The notes under the pieces were generated by a model. It was not told the origin of the DNA. It was given only the letters and a program-made list of their open reading frames with translations, and did not search any database. Shown one piece after another: positions 37,131 through 51,417 of a stretch of DNA of 64,000 nucleotides (positions within the stretch are counted from its first letter, which is position 1; the number at the start of each line of letters is the position of its first letter). Origin of the DNA: Eledone cirrhosa (lineage: Eukaryota); NCBI GenBank assembly GCA_964016885.1, contig OZ024761.1, positions 14,508,001 to 14,572,000 of the forward strand, written 5' to 3'. A program made the position numbers and the translations under genes.

Positions 37131-38162
37131 AGCATGCTAATACCAACTTCCCTTCCTCCTATAGAAGAATTATGTTAAGAGTATATATATATCTGTGGAA
37201 TGCTTGGCCACTTACAAGATAATTTCCTGAGCAGGCCATCTGTTGATCAAATGAAACACTCATCATCGAAACTGACATAGACCCGGTCCATTCCATTTTA
37301 TTCTATTTGATATATAAAATGCCATAGCAGTCTCCGAGACCCTGGAAAGGATCTCCGATACGACACTGTACTTCCGTCCATGACCAAACAGTAAAAAACA
37401 TTATGAAGAAAAATCAACAAAAGCCAATGAAATATAGCAAAGATCACAGCTGATGATATATGATAGAAACAGGAAGTGATTCTGTTTTTAGTGAACCAAT
37501 ACAGGAAGTAAGGAATGATGTCAGACAGTGATGGATACAGTAGCCGTGGTGGTGGTGGTTGTGGTAGTGGTGGTTGTGGTAGTGGTGGATACAGTAGATG
37601 TGATAGTGGCGGTGGTGGCAGTAGTGGTGGTGGTGGTGGTGTGGTGGTAGTGGTGGTGATGTGTAGTGTAAACATGTAGTGTGTGTGTGTGTGTAGTGTA
37701 TGTGCACAGGGTGTGTGTAGTGTGCAGCATGTGTGTAGTGTGCAGTGTGTATGTAGAGTGTATATGTAGTATGTGTGTGTATGTATGTAGTGTGTGTTAT
37801 GTGTGTAGTATATGTAGTGTGTAAGACAGACACATGTATTGTCGTGTATGCATATGTGTGAGGCAGTACATGTCGTGGTGTGTGTGTGTGTGTGTGTGTG
37901 TGTGTGGAAGACGTGTAGCTGTGTACTTGTATGTGTGTGTGTGTGAAAGACATCTATTGTGTCTGCTTGTATGAGTGAGACAGACACGTGTTGCTGCGTG
38001 CTTGTGTGTGAGTATATGTGTGTGTGTGTAGAAGACACATGTAGAGGTGTGTATGTGTGTGTAGAAGACACATGTATTGGCATGTGCTTGTGTATGTGTG
38101 TGTTACAGACACATGTAGTGATGTGTGCTAGTGGGGGGGGGGGCAGACACATGTGATATGTG

Positions 38163-38229
<67 letters not shown>

Positions 38230-38408
38230 GAAAGGGAGAAACACCCAGAATGAGAACCAGGTAGACTGGAGGTGGGGACAGACAGATAGATAGACAGACA
38301 GAGAGAGAGACAGATAGATAGTCAGACAGACAGAGAGAGAGACAGACAGAGAGAGAGACAGACAGACAGACAGAGAGACAGATAGACAGACAAGCATACA
38401 GGTGTGTG

Positions 38409-38439
<31 letters not shown>

Positions 38440-38551
38440 ATACTCTTTTACCTGTTCCAGCCATCCGGCTGAGGCCATGCTGGGGCATATATAGAGGATA
38501 TATATATATATATACAGAGAGAGAGAGAGAAGAGAGAGAGAATGATGGTAG

Positions 38552-38589
<38 letters not shown>

Positions 38590-39039
38590 GGGAGAGAGAG
38601 AGAGACATTTACTCACCTCAACACTTCAGGCCAGATGTAGTCCAGATTTCACGGAGAGTGAGAGAGAGAGAGGGGTAGGGTCGACTGGGATAGTAAAGGG
38701 GGGGGGGGGAAAGAGAGAGATAGAGAGAGAGAGAGAGAGAGTGTATGATTGAATGAGAGTGAGAGGGAGGGGCATGATTGAATGAGAGAGAGTGGGGAGA
38801 GAGCAAGAGAGGGTATGACTGAATGAGAGAGAGGGAGGTGGAGAGCAAGAGAAGGGGAGATAAAAAAGCAAGAGTGGGTATGATTGAATAAAAGAGAGTG
38901 ATTATAGGAATTATCAATGAAAATACACTTCGATATGGTTATGATATCTCGCTTTTGTGTCTGTGTGTTATATATACATGAGTAAAGGTGTGTTTGTGAT
39001 GTATTGTATGTATCTATGTATCTATTTGTATATGATAAC

Positions 39040-39071
<32 letters not shown>

Positions 39072-39133
39072 GTATATATATATATAATATATATATATAA
39101 TATATATATATATAATATATATATATATATATA

Positions 39134-39178
<45 letters not shown>

Positions 39179-39216
39179 ATATATATATAATATATATATA
39201 TGTATATATATATAAT

Positions 39217-39268
<52 letters not shown>

Positions 39269-39312
39269 TTATAATATATATATATATAATATATAATATA
39301 TATATATATATA

Positions 39313-39346
<34 letters not shown>

Positions 39347-39422
39347 GGAAAAAGTATGACCCCGACGGCAGAGTTCAAGCCGTTTCGACGGCTATTTCTA
39401 TATATATATATATATGTACATA

Positions 39423-39496
39423 CAGGGTGTCCCTAAAAAATGCATACACATTTCAACAGCATTCTAATAGAAGTATGTATACATTTTTGGGACATC

Positions 39497-39499
<3 letters not shown>
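39423..39499. mobile_element. 77-bp Tc1/mariner micro-MITE
   Basis: TA|cagggtgtccctaaaaaatgcatacac ... gtatgtatacatttttgggacatcctg|TA. Confidence 0.75.
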
Positions 39500-39539
<40 letters not shown>

Positions 39540-39635
39540 TCTATGTGTTTATACTTATAGTTATATGTGCAAGTGTATATATATATATTATGTATATGCT
39601 TCTATGTCTGTACACATAGTTATGGTATGTGTATG

Positions 39636-39680
<45 letters not shown>

Positions 39681-39894
39681 TCTTTTACCTGTTCCAGCCA
39701 TCCGGCTGAAGCCATGCTGGGGCACCGCCTTTACATATACATATATATCTATATATATATATATATACACACACATGTGTCACAGTTAAGGTATATGTGT
39801 GCATGTGTTATATATATTATATGAGGTCATCATCAGCTGACAATCAGCAACAGGTTCTCCACAGGTTGTTGTTTGATTGTGGAACATGCTGGAA

Positions 39895-40430
39895 CACAAC
39901 ACACTACACTGTATCATTAGGTAATAACACCGCACAACACACTACACTGTATCATTAGGTAATAACACCACACAACACACTACACTGTATCATTACAATA
40001 TAATACCACACAACACACTACACTGTATCATTACAATATAACAACACACTACAGTGTATCATTACAGAATAACACCACACAACACACTACAATATAACAC
40101 CACACAACACACTACACAGCATCATTACATTAAAACACAACACAACAGACTACAGTTAATCATTAGGTAACAACACCACACAACAGACATCAGTGTATCA
40201 TTACAATATAACACCACACAACACACTACACTGTATCATTACAATATAACAACACACTACAGTGTATCATTAGGTAATAACACCACACAACACACTACAG
40301 TGTGTCATTAGGTAATAACACAACACAACACACTACACTGTATCATTAGGTAATAACACCACACAACACACTACATTGTATCATTAGGTAATAAAACCAC
40401 ACAATAGACTATACTGTATCGTTACAGAAT
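39895..40430. repeat. ~35-38-bp minisatellite
   Basis: caacacactacactgtatcattaggtaataacaccaca units. Confidence 0.85.
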
Positions 40431-41025
40431 TCTCTCACTTCTTTCAGTTCAAACCAGCTGAAACCAGGCACTCATGCTTATGTTAAGATATTGTTCTCAA
40501 AATCTCATAGATTCGATATTATGTGAGATAACTATGTGAGGTAAAGCCTTTACCATGAAAATACAATAGTAAATATAGAGTAATGTAAATGCTAAAGGGT
40601 TAAAGGGTTCCTACTTAACACTTTAGCATTTAAACCGGCCGTATCCGGCCAGAATTATCTCACCTCTTTCTGCTCAAACTGGCTGTAACTGGCTGCTCAT
40701 ACAAATGTTAAGGTATTGTTCTCAAAATAAATAATTGTTTCTACTTTTGGCACAAGGCCAGCAATTACCCAGTGCATTACTGGTACTTTATTTTATCGAC
40801 CCCGTAAGGATGAAAGGCAAAGTTAAGTTCGGCGGGATTTGAACTCAGAATGGCAAGGGCCGTAACTCTATGCATCAAAGCATGGCGTCCGACCCTCTAC
40901 CGATACTGCCAATCCACATCAAAATCTCGTAGATTCAATATTATGTGAGATAATTATGTGAGGTAAAGATTTTACTGTGAAAATACAATAGTAAATATAG
41001 AGTAATGTAAATGTTAAAGGATTAA
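40430..41025. mobile_element. Two piggyBac-like MITE copies; the second carries a full SINE family 1 (40731-40915, minus)
   Basis: Homologous to 31887-32230 in reverse orientation; ends aaatgctaaagggttaa / ttaacactttagcattta. Confidence 0.7.
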
Positions 41026-41506
41026 ATTAAAATGTTTCAACATAATTTTGTACCCAATCACTTTGTCATCTCACAAATACTATTGTAATGAAATTATTAT
41101 TTTAGTAAATAGGGTGGTGGATTGGTTGATCTGGTAGAGCATTGGACAAGATGCTTTGTATCATACTGTTACATCTCTATATATTCTGGTTAGCTTTGCC
41201 TTACATCCTTACAGGGTCAATAAAATAAAGCACCAGTAACCAGATGCAGGTCCCTCAGGCTGTCTGGGAAGTCAGTAGCCCCGCTTCAGTAGTGACTTGG
41301 TCTATGTAAACGCATCCAACCCTTGCTATCAAGGAAAGCGGATATTAATCAGCTTTCTCCTCCCAAAAAATTGTTGACCTTGTGCCTAAATTAGAAACCA
41401 TTACCATCATCAATGTTTTTGGGTCATATTTTTTCATGTTGGTATGGGTTAGACGAATCTATTTCCATAACCGGATGCTCATCCTCATACCACTGTGTGA
41501 GTATGT

Positions 41507-41567
<61 letters not shown>

Positions 41568-41673
41568 AGTCATTGATATGTATTTATTAAGATGGTGAGA
41601 GAGGGAGAGAGTGAGACAAATACAGAAAGACACAGAGATGTGGAGAGAAAGATAGAAAAACAGAAGAGAGACA

Positions 41674-41713
<40 letters not shown>

Positions 41714-41724
<11 letters not shown>

Positions 41725-41925
41725 GAATAGCTTTCACCGTATTTATTTTACTAGAGAAATTTTAGTCTGATAATGGGTTTTAGAACCCTCAGATAAATGG
41801 AAAAGGATGAGTATTGTACGTCAATAATCATCTTTTTTCATTTATCTGAGGGTTCTAAACCTCATTATCAGACTAAAATTTCTTTAGTAAAAAAAAATAC
41901 GGTGAAAGCTATTCTATTTTCTAAT
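41714..41925. repeat. ~210-bp palindrome within (TA)n
   Basis: attagaaaatagaatagctttcaccgtat...tacggtgaaagctattctattttctaat; centre near 41818. Confidence 0.85.
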
Positions 41926-41947
41926 TTCAAACCTGCTCATATATATA

Positions 41948-42097
41948 TAGGAAAAAGTATGACCCCGACAGCAGAGCTCAAGCCATTTCAATGGCTATTT
42001 CTGGATTCATTTTTCCTATTTCCCACTCTACTACCCTAAGTATTGAGTACTCTGGTGTGTTATGGTCCATCTGGTTCCTTACCACAATTCCTTTGTT
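41948..42097. mobile_element. Family A element
   Basis: Shares the hairpin arm and actctactaccctaagtattgagtac tail; other copies at 39346-39399 and 42825-42950. Confidence 0.7.
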
Positions 42098-42179
42098 ATA
42101 TATATTATATATGTACTATACATGCACCTTTGATGAGTTGTAGTGCACCTGAGCACTGTACACAATAATTTCATTATTA

Positions 42180-42225
<46 letters not shown>

Positions 42226-42228
<3 letters not shown>

Positions 42229-42553
42229 GAAAAAAGATGAAATCGAAAATGCAACTGGAGTCTTTTTTTTTTAAATATATTTTATTTGGTTCCTTTACCG
42301 GTTTCGCAGTTCTTCTGCTTTTCAAAAGTAGAATTGAGATGGAGGGTTTGTGGTTTTTCTCACAAACCCTCCATCTCGATTCTACTTTTGAAAAGCAGAA
42401 GAACTGCGAAACCGGTAAAGGAACCAAATAAATATATATTTAAAAAAAAAAAGACTCCAGTTGCATTCTCGATTTCATCTTTTTTCCTTATACTTTCACT
42501 CGTGTAGGACACCTCGTTTTTCTTTTCATTTTGTAAAAAAACCTCACTTTCTA
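42226..42553 (+). mobile_element. Family B fold-back element: ~260-bp palindrome plus ~65-bp tail
   Basis: Arms 42226-42353 / 42361-42489; tail atactttcactcgtgtaggacacctcg...cactttcta shared with 15520-15585. Confidence 0.8.
42385..42420 (+). ncRNA. Minimal hammerhead motif with U3-A8 core (mirror copy on minus strand at 42293-42328)
   Basis: ctt-TTGAAAA-gcag-aagaa-ctgc-GAAA-ccgg-TA-aag; self-complementary stem III (ACCGGT). Confidence 0.55.
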
Positions 42554-42611
42554 ATATATATATATATATTTATTTGTGTAATAATATTGCTAGAATTAAT
42601 AAACCTCGCAA

Positions 42612-42655
<44 letters not shown>

Positions 42656-42777
42656 GTTGGTATTTTAACGATAGTTATAGCTCTGGTTCATCCAAACTAT
42701 TGAGCCCTCTGCCACACATGTCGAAGATTGTTTTTCGTTATTTCGTGGGCCGAGATTCTGATTCTCGATTATTTACT

Positions 42778-42826
<49 letters not shown>

Positions 42827-43057
42827 GAAAAGAGTCAGGACCCCAACGGCTGAGCTCCGGGCGTTTTGACAGCTAGGTCTGAACTACTACCCAGTATCGA
42901 GTACTCTGGTGCGTTATGGTCCACCTGGTTCCTTAACACAGTTCCTTCGCTATATATATATGTATATATATATATATATATGTATTGAAGTTTCCGTTGA
43001 AAATTGAAAAAGTCATAGGAGTGAAGAGTGCTCTATGTAAGTACCAGAGCAAAATTT

Positions 43058-43251
43058 AATGTATAATAAACAATACAATATAATTACCTCATTACCAGAG
43101 GTTTCCCGAATAAGACGAATGTCCTCATTCGTTCGTCGGACAAGGCAATATTGCCTTGTCCGGGGAACGAATGAGAACGTTTCTTTCGTATTCGTCTTAT
43201 TCGGGAAACCTCTGGTAATGAGGTAATTATATTGTATTGTTTATTATACAT

Positions 43252-43252
<1 letters not shown>
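43058..43252. mobile_element. ~195-bp palindrome with hammerhead-like motif (U4C core) at 43087-43145, minus strand
   Basis: Centre gcaatattgc; minus strand ccttgt-CCGACGA-a-cgaat...attcg-g-GAAA-cc-tct-gg-TA-atgagg. Confidence 0.65.
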
Positions 43253-43339
<87 letters not shown>

Positions 43340-43699
43340 TATGGACAGATAGACAGACAACTACAGAGAGACAGGACAACTCGTCTAACCCATGATAGTA
43401 TGGAAAAATGGACGTTAAACGGTGATGATGATGATTTTTTTTGATTTTTTTATTAAAACATTTCTAGTTCTGTAGAAGCCATTTCTATATTAAACATGAT
43501 GTTTACACTCTACTAATGTATTGAGTACCTTAGTAACTGTGGCTACCCCTCATTGAACCCAGGACTCACGTACATAAATATACATACACACATAAAGCAG
43601 ATGTAAAATTATGATGATGATGATGATGATATATATATATATATATATATAATGGGCTATTTAGATTGATATGATATCAAAGGCACTGAAGCCAAGAGA

Positions 43700-43835
43700 G
43701 AGAGCTAAAGATAAACACAGATATATATATATGTATATATAGAGAGAGAGGGGGGAGACAGAGAGAAACAGACATAGATAAAGAGAGAGCGACAAAGATA
43801 TAGAGAAAGAGAGAGAGAGACATAGATATACAAAT

Positions 43836-43866
<31 letters not shown>

Positions 43867-44217
43867 TACAATAGAAAAAGAGACACAGATATACATAGAG
43901 AGAGACATAGAGACATAGATATACATAGAGAGAGACATAGTTATACATAGAGAGAGAGAGAGAGAGACATAGATATACATAGAGAGAAAGAGACATAGAT
44001 AAACACAGAGAGAGAGACATATATATACAGAGAGAGAGAAAGAGACATAAACACAGTGAGGGAGAGAGACATAGACATACAGACAGAGTTAGAAAGAGAC
44101 ATAGATAAACAGAGAGAGAAAGAGACATAGATATACAGACACAGACACAGAGAGAGAGAGACATAAACACAGAGAGGGAGAGAGAGAGACATAGATAGAG
44201 AGAGAGAGGGAGAGAGA

Positions 44218-44254
<37 letters not shown>

Positions 44255-45396
44255 AGAGAGAGAGAGTGAGAATGCTTTGTGTGAATGAACCAATGTCAGA
44301 TTATATCAGTAGCAGTAGTAGTTATAGCTGTGGTGGTTTAGCCCCAGGTCAGCATTGATTTGAACCAAACTATGATCAAAGGTATTCCAGCCATGACCAT
44401 CGCCTACAAGGATCAAGCCTAAGACCTCATGAAGCAATGCTGTCTCTTCTTTAATCGTTGACTGTTTGAGGGTGGGGGTTCCAGAGAAATTTGGCTGTTA
44501 TTTCTAACATCTCGAGGGACACCGCTGTGGCTCGCCCTTCCCTCCACATTGGCCTTATACAGCAGGGGGAGGAGGGGGAGGATGAGAAGGAAGAGGAGGA
44601 GGATGAAGGAAGTGAAAAATGAGGGTATAATTACTGATATCGGCTCCACCACCACCACCCAACCACCACCACCACCACCACAACCACCGCCACAACCACC
44701 ACCACCACCACCACCACCATCAACATCATAGTCTCATCACTGTCATCATATCTACTACCACCCAACCACCACCACTATAACCACTACCACCACCACCACC
44801 ACCACCATCAACATCGTAGTCTCATCACTGTCATCATATCTACTACCACCCAACCACCACCACTATAACCACCACCACCACCACAACCACCACCACCACC
44901 ACAACCACCATCACTATCATCACCATCATGACTATCACTACCATCACCATCATCATCATTATTGTCATCACTGTCACCATCACCACCATCACCGCCACCA
45001 CCATCACCTTCATCACCACCATCACCATCACCATCCCACCATCACCACCACCACCATCACCACCACCACCATCACCACCACCATCACCATCACCATCAAA
45101 TGGGTCAGCCTCGTGAATATACAGTCTCATGTCATGTGGTGATTGTCATGATGGTGGTGGTGGTGATGTGTGAGAGAGAGAGAGACATATAGACACAGGC
45201 AGAGAGAGAGAGAGAGAAAGTGAGGGACTCAAAGAAAGGGAGAGGGGGGGGACATAGTATTGGAGGTAGGATGGAAGTAATTGCAGTGGAAATCAATGGC
45301 TATATATATATATATATATATATACACATACATACATACATGTGTGTGTGTATGTGTACATACATATATGAGTATGTGTGTATATATATATATATA

Positions 45397-45450
<54 letters not shown>

Positions 45451-45497
45451 CACATACATACATATATGTGTGTGTATATATATATATATATACATAC

Positions 45498-45549
<52 letters not shown>

Positions 45550-47370
45550 ATATATGAGTATGTGTGTATATATATATATATAACATTTCTGTCAGATTTA
45601 TGACAATTTTGTTGTTGCTGTTGCTGTTGTTGTTGTTATTGTTATTGTTGTTGTGGTTGTTATTGTTGTTGTTGTGTCTTGTTATTGTTGTTGTTGCGTC
45701 TATTGTTGTTGTTGCGTCTGTTGTTATTGTTGTTGTTGTGGCTGTTGTTGTTGTTGTTGTGGCTGTTGTTATTGTTGTTGTGGCTGTTGTTATTGTTGTT
45801 GTTGTGGCTGTTGTTATTGTTGCTTTGGTGTGGCTGTTATTGTTGTTGTTGTGGCTGTTGTTATTGTTGCTTTGGTGTGGCTGTTATTGTTGTTGTTGTG
45901 GCTGTTTTTATTGTTGCTTTGGTGTGGCTGTTATTGTTGTTGTTGTGGCTGTTGTTATTGTTGCTTTGGTGTGGCTGTTATTGTTGTTGTTGTGGCTGTT
46001 GTTATTGTTGCTTTGGTGTGACTAGGATACTGTAGAAAAACATTAGCACTACTACCACCTCTACAACACCACCACTACTAGTACCTCTACTACAACACTA
46101 CTACCACCACTACTAGTACCACCCCTACAACAATAACAACAGCCACTACCACAACTAGTACCCCCCTTACAACACCACTACCAACACTACAGCACTAATT
46201 AGTGTATTTATTATGCAAATGAGGAAGAAGTTTGTCAAGGAGTTGATAGGGGAGGGGCTGATCTGTCAAGCGTTACTATAGCAACAGTGGAACTGACCCT
46301 TAAAACTACACCTGCCAATGAGTTCTCCCTTCCTAAAGACAGTTAACTTAGATTGGCGAGTCACCTGGTTCTTGTTTCTAGCAGGCCAAACAACCATATA
46401 GTGGCTCTCACATTGTTGTGTGGTGTGGAGTGGTGTGGTGTGGTGTAGTTTGGTCTGGTGTGGTGTAGTGTAGTCTGGTGTGGTGTAGTGAAGTCTGGTG
46501 TGGTGTAGTGAAGTCTGGTGTGGTGTAGTATGGTCTGGTGTGGTGTGGTTTAGTGTGGTGTGGTGTGGTTTAGTGTGGTGTGGTGTAGTGTGCTGTTGTG
46601 TGATCTGGTGTAGTGCAGTGTGGTGTGAAGTGGCATCGTATGGTGTAGTGTGGTGTAGTATTGTGTCGCGTGGTATGTTGTAGTGTGGTGTGGTGCAGTG
46701 TTGTGTGGTATGATATGCATTGGTCTGATCTTGTTTGTTGTGATGTAGTGTAAAATGGTGCAGTGTGGTGTGGTGTAGTGTAGAATGGAGCAGTGTGGTG
46801 TGATGCGGTGTGGTGTAATGCAATATGGTAGTGTAGTGTGGTATAGTGTGGTGTGGTGTAGTGTAGAATGGAGCAGTGTGGTGTGGTGTAGTGTGGTGTG
46901 ATGCAGTGTGGTGTGGTGTAATGCAATATGGTACAGTGTAGTGTGGTATGGTGTGGTGTGGTGTAGTGTAGAACGGAGCAGTGTGGTGTGGTGTAATGTG
47001 GTGTGGTATAGTATGGTGTGGTGTAATACAATATGGTACAGTGTAGTGTGGTATAGTGTGGTGTGGTGTGGTGTAGTGTTGAATGGAGCAGTGTGGTGTG
47101 GTGTAATGCAATATGGTACAGTGTAGTGTGGTACAGTGTGGTGTGGTGTAGAATGGAGCAGTGTGGTGTGGTATAGTATGGTGTGGTGTAATACAATATG
47201 GTACAGTGTAGTGTGGTACAGTGTGGTGTGGTGTAGTGTCGAATGGAGCAATGTGGTGTGGTATAGTATGGTGTGGTGTAATGCGATATGGTACAGTGTA
47301 GCGTGGTACAGTGTGGTGTAGTGTAGTGTAGTATGGTGCAGTGTGGTGTGGTGGGGTATAGTGTAGTATG
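43700..47370. repeat. Series of simple repeats: (GA)n, (CAC)n, (TA/TG)n, (GTT)n, (GTGTG/GTGTA)n
   Basis: GA-rich 43700-44270; CAC 44645-45100; GTT 45605-46020; pentamer-derived 46415-47370; short unique spacers between. Confidence 0.85.
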
Positions 47371-47374
47371 ATGT

Positions 47375-47640
47375 ATTTCACATCTGGCTGGGACCTATTA
47401 CCAGCTTTAAGGCTTACATTTCACATCTTGTCTGGGCCTATTACCAACATTAGTGGTATATATTGCATAACTAGCATGGTCCTATTACTAGCTTTGGGAT
47501 GGGCCTAAATTACACACTTGGCCTGGGACTATGGCCCGCTCTTTGGTGGGCCTACATTTCACATATAGCTTAAGCCTATTACCAGTTTTGGGTCAGGCCT
47601 ACATTTCACATCTGGCCTCGGCCTATTACAAGCTTTGGAA
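47375..47640. repeat. Degenerate ~45-bp tandem repeat
   Basis: cctacatttcacatctggcctgggcctattaccagcttt variants. Confidence 0.65.
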
Positions 47641-47714
47641 TGATATATTTTATATCTGAACTACGACCTGAACTGTGTAATATCCCATTATCTGGCTGTA
47701 TGTATCTTTTGGTT

Positions 47715-47800
47715 GGTAGTGTGTGATAATCTAGGTGACAGATAAAATATACAGCAATGAAAAATAAAGATATACAACATACACAAAAAGATAGCCAGTC

Positions 47801-47854
<54 letters not shown>

Positions 47855-47880
47855 AATATATATGATAATATATATATATA

Positions 47881-47912
<32 letters not shown>

Positions 47913-47982
47913 ACGATATATATATATATATGTATGTGAATAAATACATCCATTTATATATGTAAACATATAAACAATTTAT

Positions 47983-48053
<71 letters not shown>

Positions 48054-48436
48054 TACATACATATACATATATATATATATGTATGTATATCAATTGTTTA
48101 CATGTTTATGTATATAAATGTATGAGTTTACATACACATATCGCGCACCTGTCCAGTTTCAATAAAGATACAAACTTACGTAGTTATATATTTCTGTTCG
48201 TCTGTGGTAGCGTGTGATATCTAAATTTGAGATTATAACTGAGAAAAGATATACGTGTACAAGCCACACAACGAAATACACAGCAATCAGTTATAAAACA
48301 CACTCACACACACCACACACACCACACACACACTCACACACGTTGGGTGGGGGCAGTGTCTACCAGAGCTCAGGGCTGGCCAATGCCTTGTGAATAAAAT
48401 TTAGTAGACGGAAGATGCAAAAGCCCGTTGTATGTA

Positions 48437-48503
<67 letters not shown>

Positions 48504-49323
48504 TAAAATAACAGATTAAAGTTTAAGCAAAGAATCGCTGCTTTCACCCTTAACGGGATCTTCTGAAACTCCTTATTGAGCCCTCTTTGGATTTTAGTCT
48601 TCAAATTTATTATTATTACTATATATATTTGTGAATGTGTACGTGTGTATGTATGTGTGTGTGTATATATATGTATATATATATTTGTGAGTGTGTACGT
48701 GTGTGTGTGTGTGTCGATGTTTATGTCCTGTAACTTAGTGTTTCGGCAAAAGAGATCGATAAAATTATGTACCAGACTCGAAAAAAATAAGTACAATATT
48801 GGGTTCGATACGACTGACTTTAAAGCAGAGTTCCAGCATGGCCACGGCCTAATGACTGAAACCAGTAAAAGAATGTATAATGAAATATACAATATACTAG
48901 TTAGCTCTGTCTGATATCCTCCGAGTTTAGATCGTGTGTGTGTGTATATATATATGTATGTATGTATACACCACATACACACATATATATATATATACGC
49001 ATATTGACGCTATATCGTCTGTAGAAGCGTGTGATATATCAAAATATCAAATTGACAGTCGTACTGAAAAAAAAAGATATAAGCATAAATACTCTGATAT
49101 CCCTTCACTGTAGATCGTATATTATGTTATATTATAATATAGATTATATTATATTATATTATGTCATATGATATTATATTATTTTATATTATATTATATT
49201 ATGTTATATGGTATTATATTATTTTATATTTTATATATCGTCTGTAGTAGCGTGTGATATCAAAATCTCAAATTGACAGTCGCACTGAAAAAAAAAAGAT
49301 ATAAACATAAGCAGTGATGTATC

Positions 49324-49325
<2 letters not shown>
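47715..49325. repeat. Locally dispersed unclassified repeat, 4 diverged copies (about 47715, 48197, 49015, 49237)
   Basis: tcgtctgtagtagcgtgtgatatc-aaaat-...-actgaaaaaaagatata recurring between microsatellites. Confidence 0.55.
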
Positions 49326-49376
<51 letters not shown>

Positions 49377-49983
49377 TATGGAAAAGGTCAGAGAGAGACA
49401 GAGAGGTAGAAAGTCAGACAAATTACAGAGAGAGAGAAAGCCATCTACTGACCTTGTGCTAAACAACAACAATAACAACAACAGCAATGACAACAACATC
49501 GATATTTTAAAACACATAGAATCGAAAGGAAGAAGATAAACCTTATATCACATCACAGATTGGCAAATAAACATATACACATATACACACAAACACACAC
49601 TGATGGATCTTTCGGAACACCGACCTTTTGCAAATCAAGCTGTTTTGTTATCATAGGATCAACTCAAATGTTTAATATATTTTCCTTCATACACTGTCTA
49701 CGAGGCTCTCTCGCTCTCTCACTCTCTCTCTCTCTCTCTCTCTCATTGCTGCCCCTCTCCCCCTCTCTCTCTCTCCACCCCTTTCGCTCTCTTTCTCTCA
49801 CTGACTCTCTGCCTCTCTCTCTCTCTATATCTATTTCCTTGTCCCTTTGTCTATCTGTTTGTCCGTCCCCACCTCTCAGCATATCCCCTAGTCTGTCTGT
49901 CTCTCTCTCTCTCTCCTTGTCCCTTTGTCTATCTGTTTGTCTGTCCCCACCTCTCTCTCTCTCTCTCTCTCTGCATATCCCCT

Positions 49984-50035
<52 letters not shown>

Positions 50036-50579
50036 TGTCCCTTTGTCTATCTGTTTGACCGTCCCCACCTCTCAGCATATCCCCTAGTCTCTCTGTCTCT
50101 CTCCCTCTGTCTGCCTCTCTCTCTCTCTCTCTCTTTCTCTCTGTATGTCCCTTGTCCGTCTAACTAGCCCCACCTCTCTCACTTTCTGCATCTCCCTTCT
50201 CTGTCTCTCTTGTCTGTCTGTCTGTCTCCGTCTTAGTCTGCTTATTGCACGTGCGTGTGTGTGTGCACGCGTATATGTCTAGATGCATGTGTGTGTCTAT
50301 GTATGTGGATGTGTGTGTATGTCTCTGGATATGCGTGTGTCTGTGTGTCTATATATATATATATATATACGTGTTTGTATCTGTGTCTGTCTGTATGTAT
50401 GTGTGTGACAGTTGAAATATTATATAGAGGCTTAATTACTACCATTCATGTTGACATATATATGTGTGTGTGTGTATATATATATATATGTGTGTTTGTG
50501 TGTGTGTGCAAACATACACACACATGTATATATACATAATGTATGCCACACACGCACACACATATATATATATATATAT

Positions 50580-50662
<83 letters not shown>

Positions 50663-50921
50663 ACATATGTACATGCACATACACGTATATTTATATATAT
50701 ACATACGTAAACACTTGTGCACACATATATCTTATATATTTATGTATGCATCTACTGCATATGTGCAGAGGAAAAAAACACACTCACACACACACATATA
50801 TATCATCATCATCATCATCACAAAGCGGACGTAAAATGATGATGATGATGATGATGATGATATATATATATGTATACACACACATGTATTAATGTATATA
50901 TATATATACACATATGTATGA

Positions 50922-50966
<45 letters not shown>

Positions 50967-51417
50967 CATAAGTGCATACACATACATATATGCATACACA
51001 CACATAAATATACATTCATAAAAACACTTGTGCATACACCTGTCTTATATAAGCATCTGTATATACTTCTCATATATATACACACACTTATACACCAAAT
51101 ATGATAATCCCAGACATAAATCTGTGTGACACTGTGTGTAACATAGCTGGCTTTCCCCCATTAAATTACAGGTACTGCCCATTTTGTATTATTGTGTTCA
51201 GTGGCTGAGTATTCCAGCCTCCCCATCCCATCCCATGCAATGGAATGGAAAGGGGCAAAGCTCCTACATAGAATTACTTCACTGCCAAAGGGGACACTGA
51301 CTCCTGAAATCTAAGGCATATTACAGCAACACCCTCAGCACAGATCTGTATTTACCAAGCAGGTACCGGCCATTTTGTGTTGTGTGGCTGAATATTCCAA
51401 CTTTCTCACCTAGAGGT

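Noticed and set aside
36150-37302. ~110-bp direct repeat flanking the RTE array as LTRs or a TSD
   Set aside because: The copies are diverged, too long for a TSD, lack TG..CA ends and look like SINE 3' fragments or an old local duplication.
37298-37449. Minus-strand terminal exon with a hydrophobic stretch (VIFAIFHWLLLIFL)
   Set aside because: Hydrophobicity follows from T-richness, several frames on both strands are equally plausible, and nothing is recognisable.
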